In this document: positions 49,343-59,516 of the stretch, piece after piece | Layout of the letters: every line of letters starts with the position of its first letter | Position numbering within the stretch: the stretch's first letter is position 1 | Source: Candidatus Woodwardiibium gallinarum | GTDB lineage: Bacteria; Bacillota; Clostridia; Oscillospirales; CAG-382 | Assembly: GCA_904419545.1 (NCBI GenBank) | Contig: CAJFRY010000004.1 | Coordinates: 9,435-73,434, forward strand | Direction of reading: 5' to 3' | DNA: 64,000 nucleotides | Notes under the pieces: model-generated | Databases searched by the model: none | Told to the model about the DNA's origin: nothing | Seen by the model: the letters and a program-made list of their open reading frames with translations, nothing else | Translations under genes and position numbers: made by a program

Positions 49343-49411
49343 CAAAGGAATTTGCAAGCCGCGGCATTGACTGCTGACGGTTTCAACCCGTTTTGTCGGG
49401 AAATCGTATTA
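49343..49411 (+). repeat. Copy A of an about 70-nt dispersed direct repeat
   Basis: CAAAGGAATTTGCAAGCCGCGGCATT...GGTTTCAACCCGTTTTGTCGGGAAATCGTATTA is about 80 percent identical by eye to 55000-55073. It is preceded by the inverted repeat CTTGCAAAT-N9-ATTTGCAAG (49332-49358). Confidence 0.65.
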
Positions 49412-49602
49412 CCGTCCATACGGCGTGAAGAACCGAATATATCGGAAGAAACCGGTTCCAGGCGCCGTTTTTTGTGTCCAAATCGCAGGAAAATTATAAA
49501 AAAGGATGAAATTTCACAAAAACGCTTGCTTTTTTCTTTGCTTTATGGTATAGTATCAAATGCGTTAACTGCGTAAAAAGGACTTTCGGAGGAATCGGGA
49601 AA

Positions 49603-50025
49603 ATGAATGTTTTTGATTATATAATCGGCGGTTTGCTGCTGCTGATGGCCGTTTTTCTTGTCGTTGCGATTATGCTGCAGTCCGGCAAGGGCAAAGGGTT
49701 GTCCGGCACGATCACGGGAGGAGCATCCGATTCCTATTTCGGCAAAAACAAAGGCAAAACGCGTGACCAAATGCTTTCGCGGCTGACGACAGTGGTTGCG
49801 ATTGTGTTTGTGGTGCTTGTGCTGCTGCTCTATATTTTCCAGGGCTCGTTTGACAATAGCGGCAGCTCGTCCTCCACGGCCGGAACCTCCTCGGCGGTGA
49901 CCTCGTCACAGACGGCTGAGAGTTCGCAGGCGGAATCTGACGATGCAGAATCGGAGGAGAGCGCAGCGGAGTCGGCGGATGAAACGTCAGCGGAAGCGTC
50001 GGATGAGGTTTCCGCAGAAGAATAA
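49603..50025 (+). CDS. secG: Preprotein translocase subunit SecG with a long acidic Ser/Ala/Glu tail
   Basis: The N-terminal 75 aa (LLLLMAVFLVVAIMLQSGKGKGLSG...second TM) are SecG-like. A TTGCTT-17-TATAGT promoter lies upstream. Confidence 0.8.
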   Translation: MNVFDYIIGGLLLLMAVFLVVAIMLQSGKGKGLSGTITGGASDSYFGKNKGKTRDQMLSRLTTVVAIVFVVLVLLLYIFQGSFDNSGSSSSTAGTSSAVTSSQTAESSQAESDDAESEESAAESADETSAEASDEVSAEE

Positions 50026-50231
50026 GCAAACAAAAGCGACCCTCACACACGGCAAAGCCGCCCTTCAGCGGTTTACGCCGGCTTTGCATTGATCGCAAAA
50101 GAGGACGGGCGCGTAGCTTTTTGTACGTACAATCGTCTTTTCAAAACGTCCTCTTTTGAGGGCGTTTTTTGTCGGGTATATTTTGAATTGCGGGTGACAC
50201 TATGATAACAAAACAGTTAAAGGGCATTTAT

Positions 50232-52118
50232 ATGCGAAAGGAAAACAACTCCGGCTGCGTGCGCATTCTGGACGAGGAAGGCGTCGCGGTGGAGTACGGG
50301 CTTGTGGACGTGGTCAGCGGCTCGCTGGAGGGTGTGTTCGACCGGGATATAGTCAACTGCGTAATGCGTCTTTCCGAGCAGGAACTGGCGCTGCTCGCCT
50401 CTTACCGCGGAAAGGGCTGTCCGTTTCTCGAGCGTCCGCTGCGCTGCCGTGTTACCCGTGTGCTTTCCCGCGCGCAGGACTTCGTCTGCGGCAGCTACAG
50501 CGTTTCCGGCGGAAAAGGCTATGTCCTGCCCGACAGCTACGTGACGCACCGTGTGCCCGTGAGTACGAAGGCTACCGTCCTTTGCCGCGAAGGTGATAAG
50601 ATTTACGCGCAGATCTGCAAGTATAAGGCGCTGGCCGCAATGAAGGTCCTGCCGGTGGAGAATCTCGGTTCGTCCGAATCGCTGCGTGCCTGTGTAGTCG
50701 CCACGCTGCGCGGCACGCCGTTTGGGGAGCCTTTTTCGGCGGAAGCCTGCGCCGAAGCGAAGGAGGTGCAGTCGCGTCGGATACCGCCGGCCGGCCGTAC
50801 CGACCTGCGCGGCAAGACGCTGTTCACAATCTCGCAGGGGCTGCCCATTCGCGGCGATTTTGCCTTTTCCATTGAGCAGCAGAATAACGGTTATCGGCTC
50901 GGTGTGCATATGGCCGACGTGGCGGAGCTGGTTGCGGAAGGCAGCGCGCTCGAGCGTGAAGCGGCGGCGCGCGGCCGCAATCTTTTCCGCAGCAATCTGA
51001 TTTGGCCGATGCTTCCGCGCGAGCTGACGACGGACGCCTGCATGCTGCGCGCCGGCGAAGACCGGCCTGCGGTTTCGATCTTTTTGCAATATGACGTGAA
51101 TGCCGAGCTGCAATCGGTTTCGTTTGAGGAAAGCATCGTCAACATTGCGGCCAATGCCACCTATGCGGAGATTGATACGCTGCTTTTGGGGATGGACGGC
51201 TCGGCCATCCTTCCCCTGCGGGAAAAATATGCGGCGATCGGCACGGCGGTGCGCGAGCTGTATGAGCTTGCCTCGATGCTGCGGCGGGAACGTCACGCGC
51301 GCGGCGGCATCGATTACGAACCGCTTTGCATGGATTTTGAACGGATCGACGAGCACGGTACCGTGTCTGTCGGGATGACGCCGACATATGACGCCGGGCT
51401 GCTCGTCCGCGAGCTGCTTATTGCCGCGGGCGCGGCGGTCGGCCGGCATTTTTCCGAAAACGGGCTGCCGATGCTCTATACCGCGTTTGCCGACCCGCGA
51501 AAGGCATTGCTGGATCATTTGGAAACGCTGGAGGGCTTGCTTCCCGGCTTGCCGCTTCGTGAGCATGGCGAAATTCTTCGCCGCGTGACCGAAGCTGCTG
51601 CAAATCATCCGGTTGAGGACGCGGTTCTCTATCTGCTGCGCCGTATTTTGCCTGCCGCACGCTATGTCCGCACGCCCGCGCCGCATCATTTGCACGCGGT
51701 GGACGCATTTGTGTCCTTTGCAAATCCTGCCGGCCGTTATGCGGATCTGCTGGTCCAGCGTGCGATCAAAAACAGCATTCGTTATGGCGCCGCAGTTGCC
51801 AACGACAGCCGTTTTGATGAAAAGCTGCGTGACGCTGCCCGCTGCTGCTCGGAGACGGAGGAACGCTGCTCAATGCTGGAAGCGCGTCTGGCCGCTTTGT
51901 ATCAAATCGACGCGCTGCATGGCCGCGAGGGCACGCGGTTTTCCTGCCGTGTGGTTGAGTCTTACCCCTCGGGCGCACTGGTCCTTTTGGACAACGGAGC
52001 GCCAGCGCGCATCGTGTTTGATGCGCCCGGCAAGCAGACGCTTGAGCCCGGCGAATCGGTCGAAGCGGTGCTTAAATCGGCGCTTTTCTCCACACTGACG
52101 GTCGAGCTGAAGCTCTGA
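50232..52118 (+). CDS. RNase R / RNase II (RNB-domain) family protein, catalytic motifs apparently degenerate
   Basis: RNB-like core (GVHMADVAELV...MLPRELT...DRPAVS) and a C-terminal S1-like segment. It sits in the secG-rnr position conserved in Firmicutes. The start is 50232 (AAGGG SD) or 50202. Confidence 0.7.
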   Translation: MRKENNSGCVRILDEEGVAVEYGLVDVVSGSLEGVFDRDIVNCVMRLSEQELALLASYRGKGCPFLERPLRCRVTRVLSRAQDFVCGSYSVSGGKGYVLPDSYVTHRVPVSTKATVLCREGDKIYAQICKYKALAAMKVLPVENLGSSESLRACVVATLRGTPFGEPFSAEACAEAKEVQSRRIPPAGRTDLRGKTLFTISQGLPIRGDFAFSIEQQNNGYRLGVHMADVAELVAEGSALEREAAARGRNLFRSNLIWPMLPRELTTDACMLRAGEDRPAVSIFLQYDVNAELQSVSFEESIVNIAANATYAEIDTLLLGMDGSAILPLREKYAAIGTAVRELYELASMLRRERHARGGIDYEPLCMDFERIDEHGTVSVGMTPTYDAGLLVRELLIAAGAAVGRHFSENGLPMLYTAFADPRKALLDHLETLEGLLPGLPLREHGEILRRVTEAAANHPVEDAVLYLLRRILPAARYVRTPAPHHLHAVDAFVSFANPAGRYADLLVQRAIKNSIRYGAAVANDSRFDEKLRDAARCCSETEERCSMLEARLAALYQIDALHGREGTRFSCRVVESYPSGALVLLDNGAPARIVFDAPGKQTLEPGESVEAVLKSALFSTLTVELKL

Positions 52119-52182
52119 CAGATGCGAAACGCCTTGTCTCCGGCCGGGTTTTCCGTCCGGCGAACGGGAAAGGAAAATACCT

Positions 52183-53643
52183 ATGAGCAAATCGAAAACA
52201 CGCGTGCCGGCGTTGCTGCTGGCCTGTATCTGCCTGCTGACCGGCACGCTGTTCGCTTGTGAAAACGTGCCGAATATTCCCGATGTATCCGGCACATCGT
52301 CGGGAGAGGAGTCATCGGCTGCCGGCTCGGAGCCGGAACGTAAGCTTTCTGCCGAGGAGTGGCTGGAAACACTGCCCGAGCGGGATTATACAGGTTATGT
52401 CTTTACGCTTGCGACGACCGAGACGGGCTTTGTCGTTCCTGCCGAGGAGGATGAGCCGGGGCTTGTTGATATGGCCGCAGTCAAGCGTAATGAGCTTATG
52501 GCTGCCAAATATGGTATAGAGGTTCGGGAAAAAGCGCTCAAAACCGGCACGCTGGCCGGTGAGCTCAAAACTGCCCGCACTGCGGGCACGCAATATGCGG
52601 ACGCGGTCCTCGCGCCTGCGCGTGATCTTGCGGCCGCAGCGGCGGCAGGCGAGCTTCTGAACCTGTATTCCCTGCCTTATTTTGACCTTTCTGCCGAATA
52701 TATGACAAAGCCGCTTTCGACCGACAGCGTTATCGGCAGTACCTGCTACGCAGTTTTCGGCAGCGCAACCGGTGCGGAGAATTCGGCGTGGGTCGTCTAT
52801 TATAACCGCACGCTGCTTGATAAGGCCGGATACGACTCGATGGAGAAGCTGGCTGCTTCGGAGGAATGGACGCTTGGCAAGCTGCGGGAAATTGCCGAAA
52901 CCGTTGCTGCCGAAACGATGGATAAACGGTCGCCGGACAGCTCGCACGACATTTTCGGCTACAGTTCCTATTATAATGATGACGAATTTTTGCTTTCGCT
53001 CTGGCAAACCTCGGGCGTTCGCGCGTTCGGTGACAGTGCCGGCCAGCCGCTTGAGCTGCGATATGACTATGAAAAGGCGCAGTCTGCGCTGGATACGCTG
53101 GGCGCGTTTTTGGACAGCAAGGCGATGTTCCCCGCCTCCGGACAGTCTGCGCTGAATGCGTTCGGCGAGGGGCGGCTGGCGTTTTTCATTTACCGGCTGG
53201 ATTTTGCTTCGGTTCTTGCGGAGCAGGACGTCGATTGGGGTCTGCTGCCGCTGCCCGCGCTTTCGGCGGACGGCGAAGCCGTTTCCCCGCTGGACGGGCT
53301 GACCTGCGGATTGGGCGTGCCCGTGCTGCAGGAGGACAGCGAACGCACCGGCATTCTTCTCAACGCGTTTTTTGCCGCCTCGCACGCACATATGCGGCAG
53401 GCACTGATGAACAATTACGTGCATTTCTATCTCAGCGACAACGATCAGGCGCTGATGCTCGAACGGATTTTTGATCACGTCCGTGCAGATGCGGCGCTGC
53501 TTTACGCGCCGGGATATACGAATATCGCTGCTGTCTCGTCCGACCTGCTGACTGAGCTGCTGCGCAACGGCGGCAGCCTTGAGTCGCGCCTTGAGCCGCA
53601 TTTGGCATCTTTTGAGAACTTTGCAAAAACAAATTTTCGTTAG
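52183..53643 (+). CDS. Lipoprotein, solute-binding-protein-like; paralog of 8336..9943
   Basis: Signal peptide with lipobox LFAC. Similar by eye to the 8336 product. Confidence 0.65.
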   Translation: MSKSKTRVPALLLACICLLTGTLFACENVPNIPDVSGTSSGEESSAAGSEPERKLSAEEWLETLPERDYTGYVFTLATTETGFVVPAEEDEPGLVDMAAVKRNELMAAKYGIEVREKALKTGTLAGELKTARTAGTQYADAVLAPARDLAAAAAAGELLNLYSLPYFDLSAEYMTKPLSTDSVIGSTCYAVFGSATGAENSAWVVYYNRTLLDKAGYDSMEKLAASEEWTLGKLREIAETVAAETMDKRSPDSSHDIFGYSSYYNDDEFLLSLWQTSGVRAFGDSAGQPLELRYDYEKAQSALDTLGAFLDSKAMFPASGQSALNAFGEGRLAFFIYRLDFASVLAEQDVDWGLLPLPALSADGEAVSPLDGLTCGLGVPVLQEDSERTGILLNAFFAASHAHMRQALMNNYVHFYLSDNDQALMLERIFDHVRADAALLYAPGYTNIAAVSSDLLTELLRNGGSLESRLEPHLASFENFAKTNFR

Positions 53644-53920
53644 AAATTCAGGGCTTCCCCGCCGCAATACACGCTGAAGTCATGACGGGACGGCGGCTTG
53701 CAGTATTTCCGGCATTCGCCATAAAAATTGAGCTCCACGAAACGCGCGTATTTTTTGTTCAGACTGACGGATAATCTGACAGCGCCGCACCATCAGAATT
53801 CTGCGGTACTGCCTTAAAAACGGCAGACAGGCAAACCGCCTTTTGCCGTTTTGCCTGTCCGCCGTTTGGCGGCGGGATTGAAGCGGGAGTCAAAAATCGG
53901 AGCAAAAGGAGAGCGGACAT

Positions 53921-54370
53921 ATGGAAATCCGTCTGATCAATGGCAAATCACAAACCGATTCGGCAGTCCGGCTGATGCGGGAGACTTTTATGCATTCCGT
54001 TGCTCCACTGTATGCACCCAGAGGCGTGGATAACTTTCTGGCTTTTATTGAGGATCGGACGCTTGTGCAATCCTTGGAGCTGTTCGGCGCCTTTGAAAAC
54101 GAAGCGCTTGTTGGGGTGCTTGCCGTGAAGGAAGGACGCAGACATATCTGCTGCTTTTTTGTTCAGGCGTCCTATCAGCGGCAGGGCATCGGTCGCCGGC
54201 TGTGGGAACATCTGCTTACGGTGAGCGACAATGAAATGTACACTGTACATGCTTCGCCGAATGCCGTTCCGGCCTATATCCGTCTGGGCTTTGCGGCTGC
54301 TGCGGAGGAACAGAATGCGGATGGTATGCGTTTCACACCGATGCGTTTTATACGCGAAGAAAATGTGTAG
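53921..54370 (+). CDS. GNAT-family N-acetyltransferase
   Basis: FFVQASYQRQGIGRRLWEHL is motif A. AVPAYIRLGF lies near the C-terminus. Confidence 0.8.
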   Translation: MEIRLINGKSQTDSAVRLMRETFMHSVAPLYAPRGVDNFLAFIEDRTLVQSLELFGAFENEALVGVLAVKEGRRHICCFFVQASYQRQGIGRRLWEHLLTVSDNEMYTVHASPNAVPAYIRLGFAAAAEEQNADGMRFTPMRFIREENV

Positions 54371-54999
54371 GCGTATTCCACGCCTACGCATATTGTTTTT
54401 TTGCCTTTGTATGTTTGGGAAACGGCATAGGAAATTAAGATATCCGTGCAGAAAGCGGACCGGCTGTAAAAAGCGTGGTAAAAACAAGCGCGCCGTTTGT
54501 TGAAAAACGGCAGGAACTTTATTTGCCTCAGTCGTTCGGCATATCAATATACAATATAAACATATATATAATATATAATTCACATATAAAAAGATATTGT
54601 TTTGCCATAGAGCATGTTTTGTTCGGTTATAAACAGGCCAAAGTGATAAAGGCTGAATTCAAGATTAAAATGACATAGAATCTGAAAAGCAAATTGATAT
54701 GTCTGCGGCGGCACTTATAAAAATGTTATCCACGGTTTTTTGTGCAATCCTTTGCGCAAATGGCAAAAACGACAGCGAGCGTTTGGCTTGCTGTCGTTTT
54801 TTACACGTTTTGCCTGTTTGTTTTGAAAAAGCAAGTTTTGCTGCAATCGTATAATTTTCAGAAGAATATCCACGCCATTGTAGCATAACAAGAATCGGCA
54901 TCCGTTTAGGCCTGTTCTTATATTTGCCATTTGCCAAAGCAAACGACTTGCGAACAAAGTCCGAAGAGACTGCCGTGCAACATTGATTTCCGGTAAGAC

Positions 55000-55073
55000 C
55001 AAAAGGATTTGCAAGCCGCAGCATTTGCCGTGCGTGATCCGGATTCAAACGGTTTTATCAAGAAATCGTATTA
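55000..55073 (+). repeat. Copy B of the about 70-nt dispersed direct repeat
   Basis: CAAAAGGATTTGCAAGCCGCAGCATTT...GGATTCAAACGGTTTTATCAAGAAATCGTATTA, in the same orientation as copy A. Confidence 0.65.
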
Positions 55074-55487
55074 TAAAAGTCTTTCCGATAATGTGACATT
55101 TATGGTGCGATTGCGCACGACTTTTTGAGCCGATGAAAAAATCAGCGGGAGCGAAAAGCCAGAGCTTACATTTGCATAAAAAATAACGCATAGGTTTTGG
55201 CAAGTATTTAATTCTTCGGGAATCCGACACGCTCGCAGGCAATTGTTTTATTCGGAAGTGTCATAAAGGCCTATATAAACGTGCATAAATTCTATATCAG
55301 ATTTGCTCAACAGCATTATGCAGTCCGTAAAATTGACGCTTGTGTTTTGTGTGAAACGACAATACAAAACTGAATTGTGTTTATAACGAATTTGAACCGG
55401 CCATTGGCCAAAACAATGCAGCTTCAGTTGCGAATTGCATCGTGCGTTTAACTGTTTTTGTCGTTGCGGAACAAAAGTGCTTCGGTA

Positions 55488-55503
55488 TGTTTCACGTGAA
55501 ACA
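55488..55503. promoter_or_regulatory. parS (ParB/Spo0J binding site), perfect palindrome
   Basis: TGTTTCACGTGAAACA matches the Firmicute parS consensus TGTTNCACGTGAAACA at 16 of 16 positions. Confidence 0.8.
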
Positions 55504-55715
55504 TTCGCTTGCGTAAACCTCGATATAGAAAGTACAACAGACAAAAAGCAATTTCGGCTGCTGCGCAAAAAACACGTTTCATGGACGGATAAAATGCTCT
55601 CAGACCAATTGTTTCACGCTTCAAGGCTAAAAGTCATAGCTCTTTCTGAATAAAACTTTTTGAATTCAGTACATGTAAAAGACCTTATATTTGATTCAAT
55701 GCGGTTTTTCCGAAT

Positions 55716-55731
55716 TGTTCCACGTGAAACA
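55716..55731. promoter_or_regulatory. parS (ParB/Spo0J binding site)
   Basis: TGTTCCACGTGAAACA is identical to the Bacillus subtilis consensus parS. Confidence 0.8.
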
Positions 55732-56172
55732 AAACCTGTTCGGTATTTGTTTTATGGGAGCGGTCGATCGACGCGCCTGCCAATTAACTATATGAAATTT
55801 ACAGCATTATGCCACGGCAAAAGCACAACAGCGCCTGAAAAAAATAAGAGTAAAGTTTACGGCCGGAAAATGGCTTGTAAATTTGTCGCATGCCAAATCG
55901 TTTTGGCCGTGCCGGTAAATCCTTTGCAGAAAAAAGCGGCCGAACGGCTTTCAAACGGTTAAAATCATTTGAAACGAACCTCGAATGCCGGCGCCGCTTT
56001 TGCACAAAAGCGCATATCTGCAATTGCGTTTTCGTATAAAACACGCAAGGGAACCTTTATCAAAAAAGGTTCCCTTGCAAAAAGATTTTGCCGTTGGCGA
56101 AAAGGAAATGCTGAAGCACCGTCCTGACAGATCGGCCAAGCACTTCCGTGCTGCTCCGGCTTTGCTCTTGCT

Positions 56173-56946
56173 TTACTGCGCGGCGTTGATAATAACCGCA
56201 AAGTCAGGGGCTTTCAGTGATGCGCCGCCGATGAGGCCGCCGTCAACGTTCGGCATCGCAAGCAGTTCGGCGGCGTTCTTGGCGTTCATCGAGCCGCCGT
56301 ACTGGATGGTCAGCGCTTCGGCCGCCGCGTCGGAATACAGCCCTGCAACGACGGCGCGGATAACGCCGCAGACCTCGTCGGCCTGCTCGCTGGTCGCGGT
56401 GCGTCCGGTACCGATGGCCCAGACCGGCTCGTAAGCGATAATGACGTTCTTCAGCTCGTCTGCGCTCACGCCCTGAAGCGCAACCTTTGTCTGGAGCGCG
56501 ACAACCTCGGCCGTAATGCCCTGCTCGCGCTGCGCGAGCAGCTCGCCGACGCAGAGAATCACCTTCAGGCCGGCGGCCAGCGCCGCCTTGACGCGAAGGT
56601 TAACTGTCTCGTCGGTCTCGCCGAAGTATTGCCGGCGCTCGCTGTGGCCGATAATGACGTATTCCACGCCGATTTCCTTGAGCATATCGGCGCTGATTTC
56701 GCCGGTATAGGCGCCGTTCTTTTCCCAGTGCACATTTTCTGCGCCGACCTTGATCGCGCTGCCCTTGCAGGCATCGAGGACGACAGCCAGGTCAACGAAC
56801 GGTACGCAGGCGACGACCTCGCAGCCGGAGGTATCCTTCCCGTCAATTTCCGCACGGATGTCCTTGATGAGCGCAACCGCCTCGGCGGGGGTCTTGTTCA
56901 TCTTCCAGTTGCCGGCAATGACGGTTCTTCTGTTCTTGTTGGACAT
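56173..56946 (-). CDS. tpiA: Triosephosphate isomerase
   Basis: IAGNWKMNK, IIGHSERR, AYEPVWAIGTG and GGASLK motifs are present. Confidence 0.93.
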   Translation of the reverse strand: MSNKNRRTVIAGNWKMNKTPAEAVALIKDIRAEIDGKDTSGCEVVACVPFVDLAVVLDACKGSAIKVGAENVHWEKNGAYTGEISADMLKEIGVEYVIIGHSERRQYFGETDETVNLRVKAALAAGLKVILCVGELLAQREQGITAEVVALQTKVALQGVSADELKNVIIAYEPVWAIGTGRTATSEQADEVCGVIRAVVAGLYSDAAAEALTIQYGGSMNAKNAAELLAMPNVDGGLIGGASLKAPDFAVIINAAQ

Positions 56947-56969
56947 AACGAAATCTTCCTTTTCTCGAT

Positions 56970-58178
56970 TTATTTGTCGTTCAGGCAGGCGATGCCGGGA
57001 AGCTCCAGCCCCTCGAGGAATTCGAGCGATGCGCCGCCGCCGGTGGAAATATGCGTGATTTTGTCGGCAAAGCCCAGCTTCTCGACCGCTGCCGCGCTGT
57101 CGCCGCCGCCGACGATCGTCGTTGCGTCGGAATCGGCCAGCGCCTGCGCAACCGCGATGGTCCCCTTTGCCAGCTCGTCATTCTCAAATACGCCCATCGG
57201 TCCGTTCCAGATGACGGTTTTGGCGGCTTTGACCGCTTCGGCAAACAGTTCGCGCGTCTTGGGGCCGATGTCCAGACCCATTTTGTCCGCCGGAATGGAA
57301 TCCGAGCAGACGACTTCGGTTTCGATGTGCGCGTCGATCGGATCCGGGAACGAAGCGGCGACGACCGTGTCGACCGGCAAAAGCAGCTTCACGCCCTTTT
57401 CATCGGCTTTTTTGAGCATATCCTTGCAGTAATCGAGCTTCTCCGCATCGTACAGCGATGTGCCGATACCCTTGCCCTGCGCGGCAAGGAAGGTGTAAGC
57501 CATGCCGCCGCCGATGATGAGCGTATCCACCTTCGTCAGCAGGTTCTCGATGACCTTGAGCTTGTCCGCAACCTTTGCGCCGCCCAGAATCGCTACAAAC
57601 GGACGCGTCGGATTGTTGAGCGCGCCGCCCATAATCGAGATTTCCTTCTGAATCAGGTATCCGCAGACCGCCGGCAGATAGTCGGCGACGCCTGCCGTGG
57701 ACGCATGGGCGCGGTGCGCGGTGCCGAACGCGTCATTGACATAAATTTCAGCCAGCGATGCGAGCTGTTTGGCAAACGCGGGATCGTTCTTTTCCTCCTC
57801 CTTGTGGAAGCGGACGTTTTCGAGCAGCAGGACTTCGCCGTCCTTGAGCGCGGCCGCCTTGGCCTGCGCGTCAGGCCCGACGACGTCGGCGGCGAGCGTA
57901 ACTTCCTTGCCCAGCAGCTCGGACAGGCGTTTGGCGACGGGTGCAAGCGAATATTTCGGGTTGAATTCACCCTTCGGGCGGCCCATGTGCGAGCAGAGGA
58001 TCACCCGCGCGTTATGCGCCAGCAGATATTTGATTGTCGGCAGTGCCCCCACGATACGGTTGTCGTCGGTGATGCGGCCATCCTCCATCGGCACATTGAA
58101 GTCGCAGCGGACGAGTACTTTTTTGCCCGTTACATTGATGTCCTCAACGCTCTTCTTGGTTAACATAATGTTTTTCAC
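56970..58178 (-). CDS. pgk: Phosphoglycerate kinase
   Basis: [21 protein letters not shown] and GGGDSAAA motifs are present. The start is the GTG at 58178 or the ATG at 58166. Confidence 0.93.
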   Translation of the reverse strand: MKNIMLTKKSVEDINVTGKKVLVRCDFNVPMEDGRITDDNRIVGALPTIKYLLAHNARVILCSHMGRPKGEFNPKYSLAPVAKRLSELLGKEVTLAADVVGPDAQAKAAALKDGEVLLLENVRFHKEEEKNDPAFAKQLASLAEIYVNDAFGTAHRAHASTAGVADYLPAVCGYLIQKEISIMGGALNNPTRPFVAILGGAKVADKLKVIENLLTKVDTLIIGGGMAYTFLAAQGKGIGTSLYDAEKLDYCKDMLKKADEKGVKLLLPVDTVVAASFPDPIDAHIETEVVCSDSIPADKMGLDIGPKTRELFAEAVKAAKTVIWNGPMGVFENDELAKGTIAVAQALADSDATTIVGGGDSAAAVEKLGFADKITHISTGGGASLEFLEGLELPGIACLNDK

Positions 58179-58258
58179 GTTCCTTTCTGCGCCCGCGTCC
58201 CGGCTGCCGTCCGGCAGAAGGAAGGGCGGATATTCTTTACATTCTTAACCAATTTCGT

Positions 58259-58287
58259 ATTGTATCACAATTGCGCCGGATTTTCAA
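58259..58287 (-). promoter_or_regulatory. pgk-tpiA promoter
   Basis: On the - strand: TTGAAA (58287-58282), 17-nt spacer ending in TGA, then TACAAT (58264-58259). Confidence 0.55.
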
Positions 58288-59475
58288 GTCTTTTGCGCGG
58301 ATTTTCAGGTTAAATTCGTGATTTTCAAAAACGGCGGCTGAAAAGCGGCAACTGCCGAACCAGGAAGGAAAGGCCGAAAACGGGTGCATAACGAAATCCG
58401 GCAAAATCATTGAAAAACGTTTGTTTTCCCGATTCCACGAATGTTGGGCAACAGGAGAACGGAACGGCAAAAGGAGTACGGTTTATCCTTCAGTGTCTGC
58501 TGAACAAATCGTTATGCGGCCTGTTTGCCTGCCTTTGGCGGGCAATTTCATTGTAAACGGATCTTCATGACCGTTTTTAAGGATATACGGTCATGAATCC
58601 ATGCGCATCCGCATTGCATAGCGTGGTGCGCTATGCGGCGAGGGAAAAAGATTTTGCGGACCATCGCGCGAAATCCAAGCGCCTGAACAACGCAGAACGC
58701 CGGAAAACCCTGGCTTTTAAGGCATTTTGCGTTGTTCGGCGCGCAATATATAACGGCATTTGTCTTTTTGGTACGGCGGACGGGAAAAGGAAGTCGGATA
58801 AGACGGCGTTCGTATGCAGATGTGACCCGTATGCCCGTTATCCATAGATTTGGATTTCTTGCACTTCGTAAAGGAATTCGTGAATGGGTGGAAGAATTTC
58901 GTCGACGGGCAAGCCGGTTCCTGCGCTTGTGTTTTTTTTGATAGGACAAGCTCTGTAATGAGACGCTGCTTATTATCGGAGAAAAGCCGGCGGCAGCTAT
59001 TGCGATATTCAGGCACGGGAAACGCCGGTCTGAAGGGCGCGCACCTTTTATGCCGCTTTGCAAAAGAGGGGTTCGGAAGGCCGTGTGATGGCTCGGGCTT
59101 TCTGTTTTTCCGCCCAATGCCGGCGTTGGGCGGATATGGGGCGGCGTTAAGGAAAAAACAAGGCGCGCGATGGTGTATTTGCCGTGTCTGATTTCTGCGT
59201 CGCGAAGCCGGCGGGAGCATATATGAACAGATGTGCAAAATGCATTTGCATGCGGGAAACGGGAACAAGGCTTTTTTCGCTTGAGAGACCGTGACAAAAT
59301 CATTTTTTCCTGTACGTGGAGCAGATGCGTGTGGGGAAGCGGCGGAATTGTAAGGATTGGAGGCCGGAATTCGTTTAATGATATGCTCTGTCCGTTCCGG
59401 AGAAGTATATTGTTGTTCGCCTCCTTTCCTCCATAATGCTTTAGGAAGTCAAAAGAGCAAAAGAAAATAACGGTG

Positions 59476-59516
59476 CAAACGAGGGACGCCGGCATTCGGC
59501 CGGCGTCCCTCGTTTG
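59476..59516. repeat. Perfect 18-bp palindromic hairpin (core GACGCCGGC...GCCGGCGTC)
   Basis: CAAACGAGGGACGCCGGC-ATTCG-GCCGGCGTCCCTCGTTTG in a gene-free stretch. Confidence 0.85.

Noticed and set aside
54371-56172. The AT-rich gene-free region considered as a second or alternative oriC.
   Set aside because: Only one good DnaA box (54726) and one weak one (about 54863) are present, with no trio-like element. The dnaA-dnaN spacer has a far more complete origin signature, and the parS sites explain the region better.
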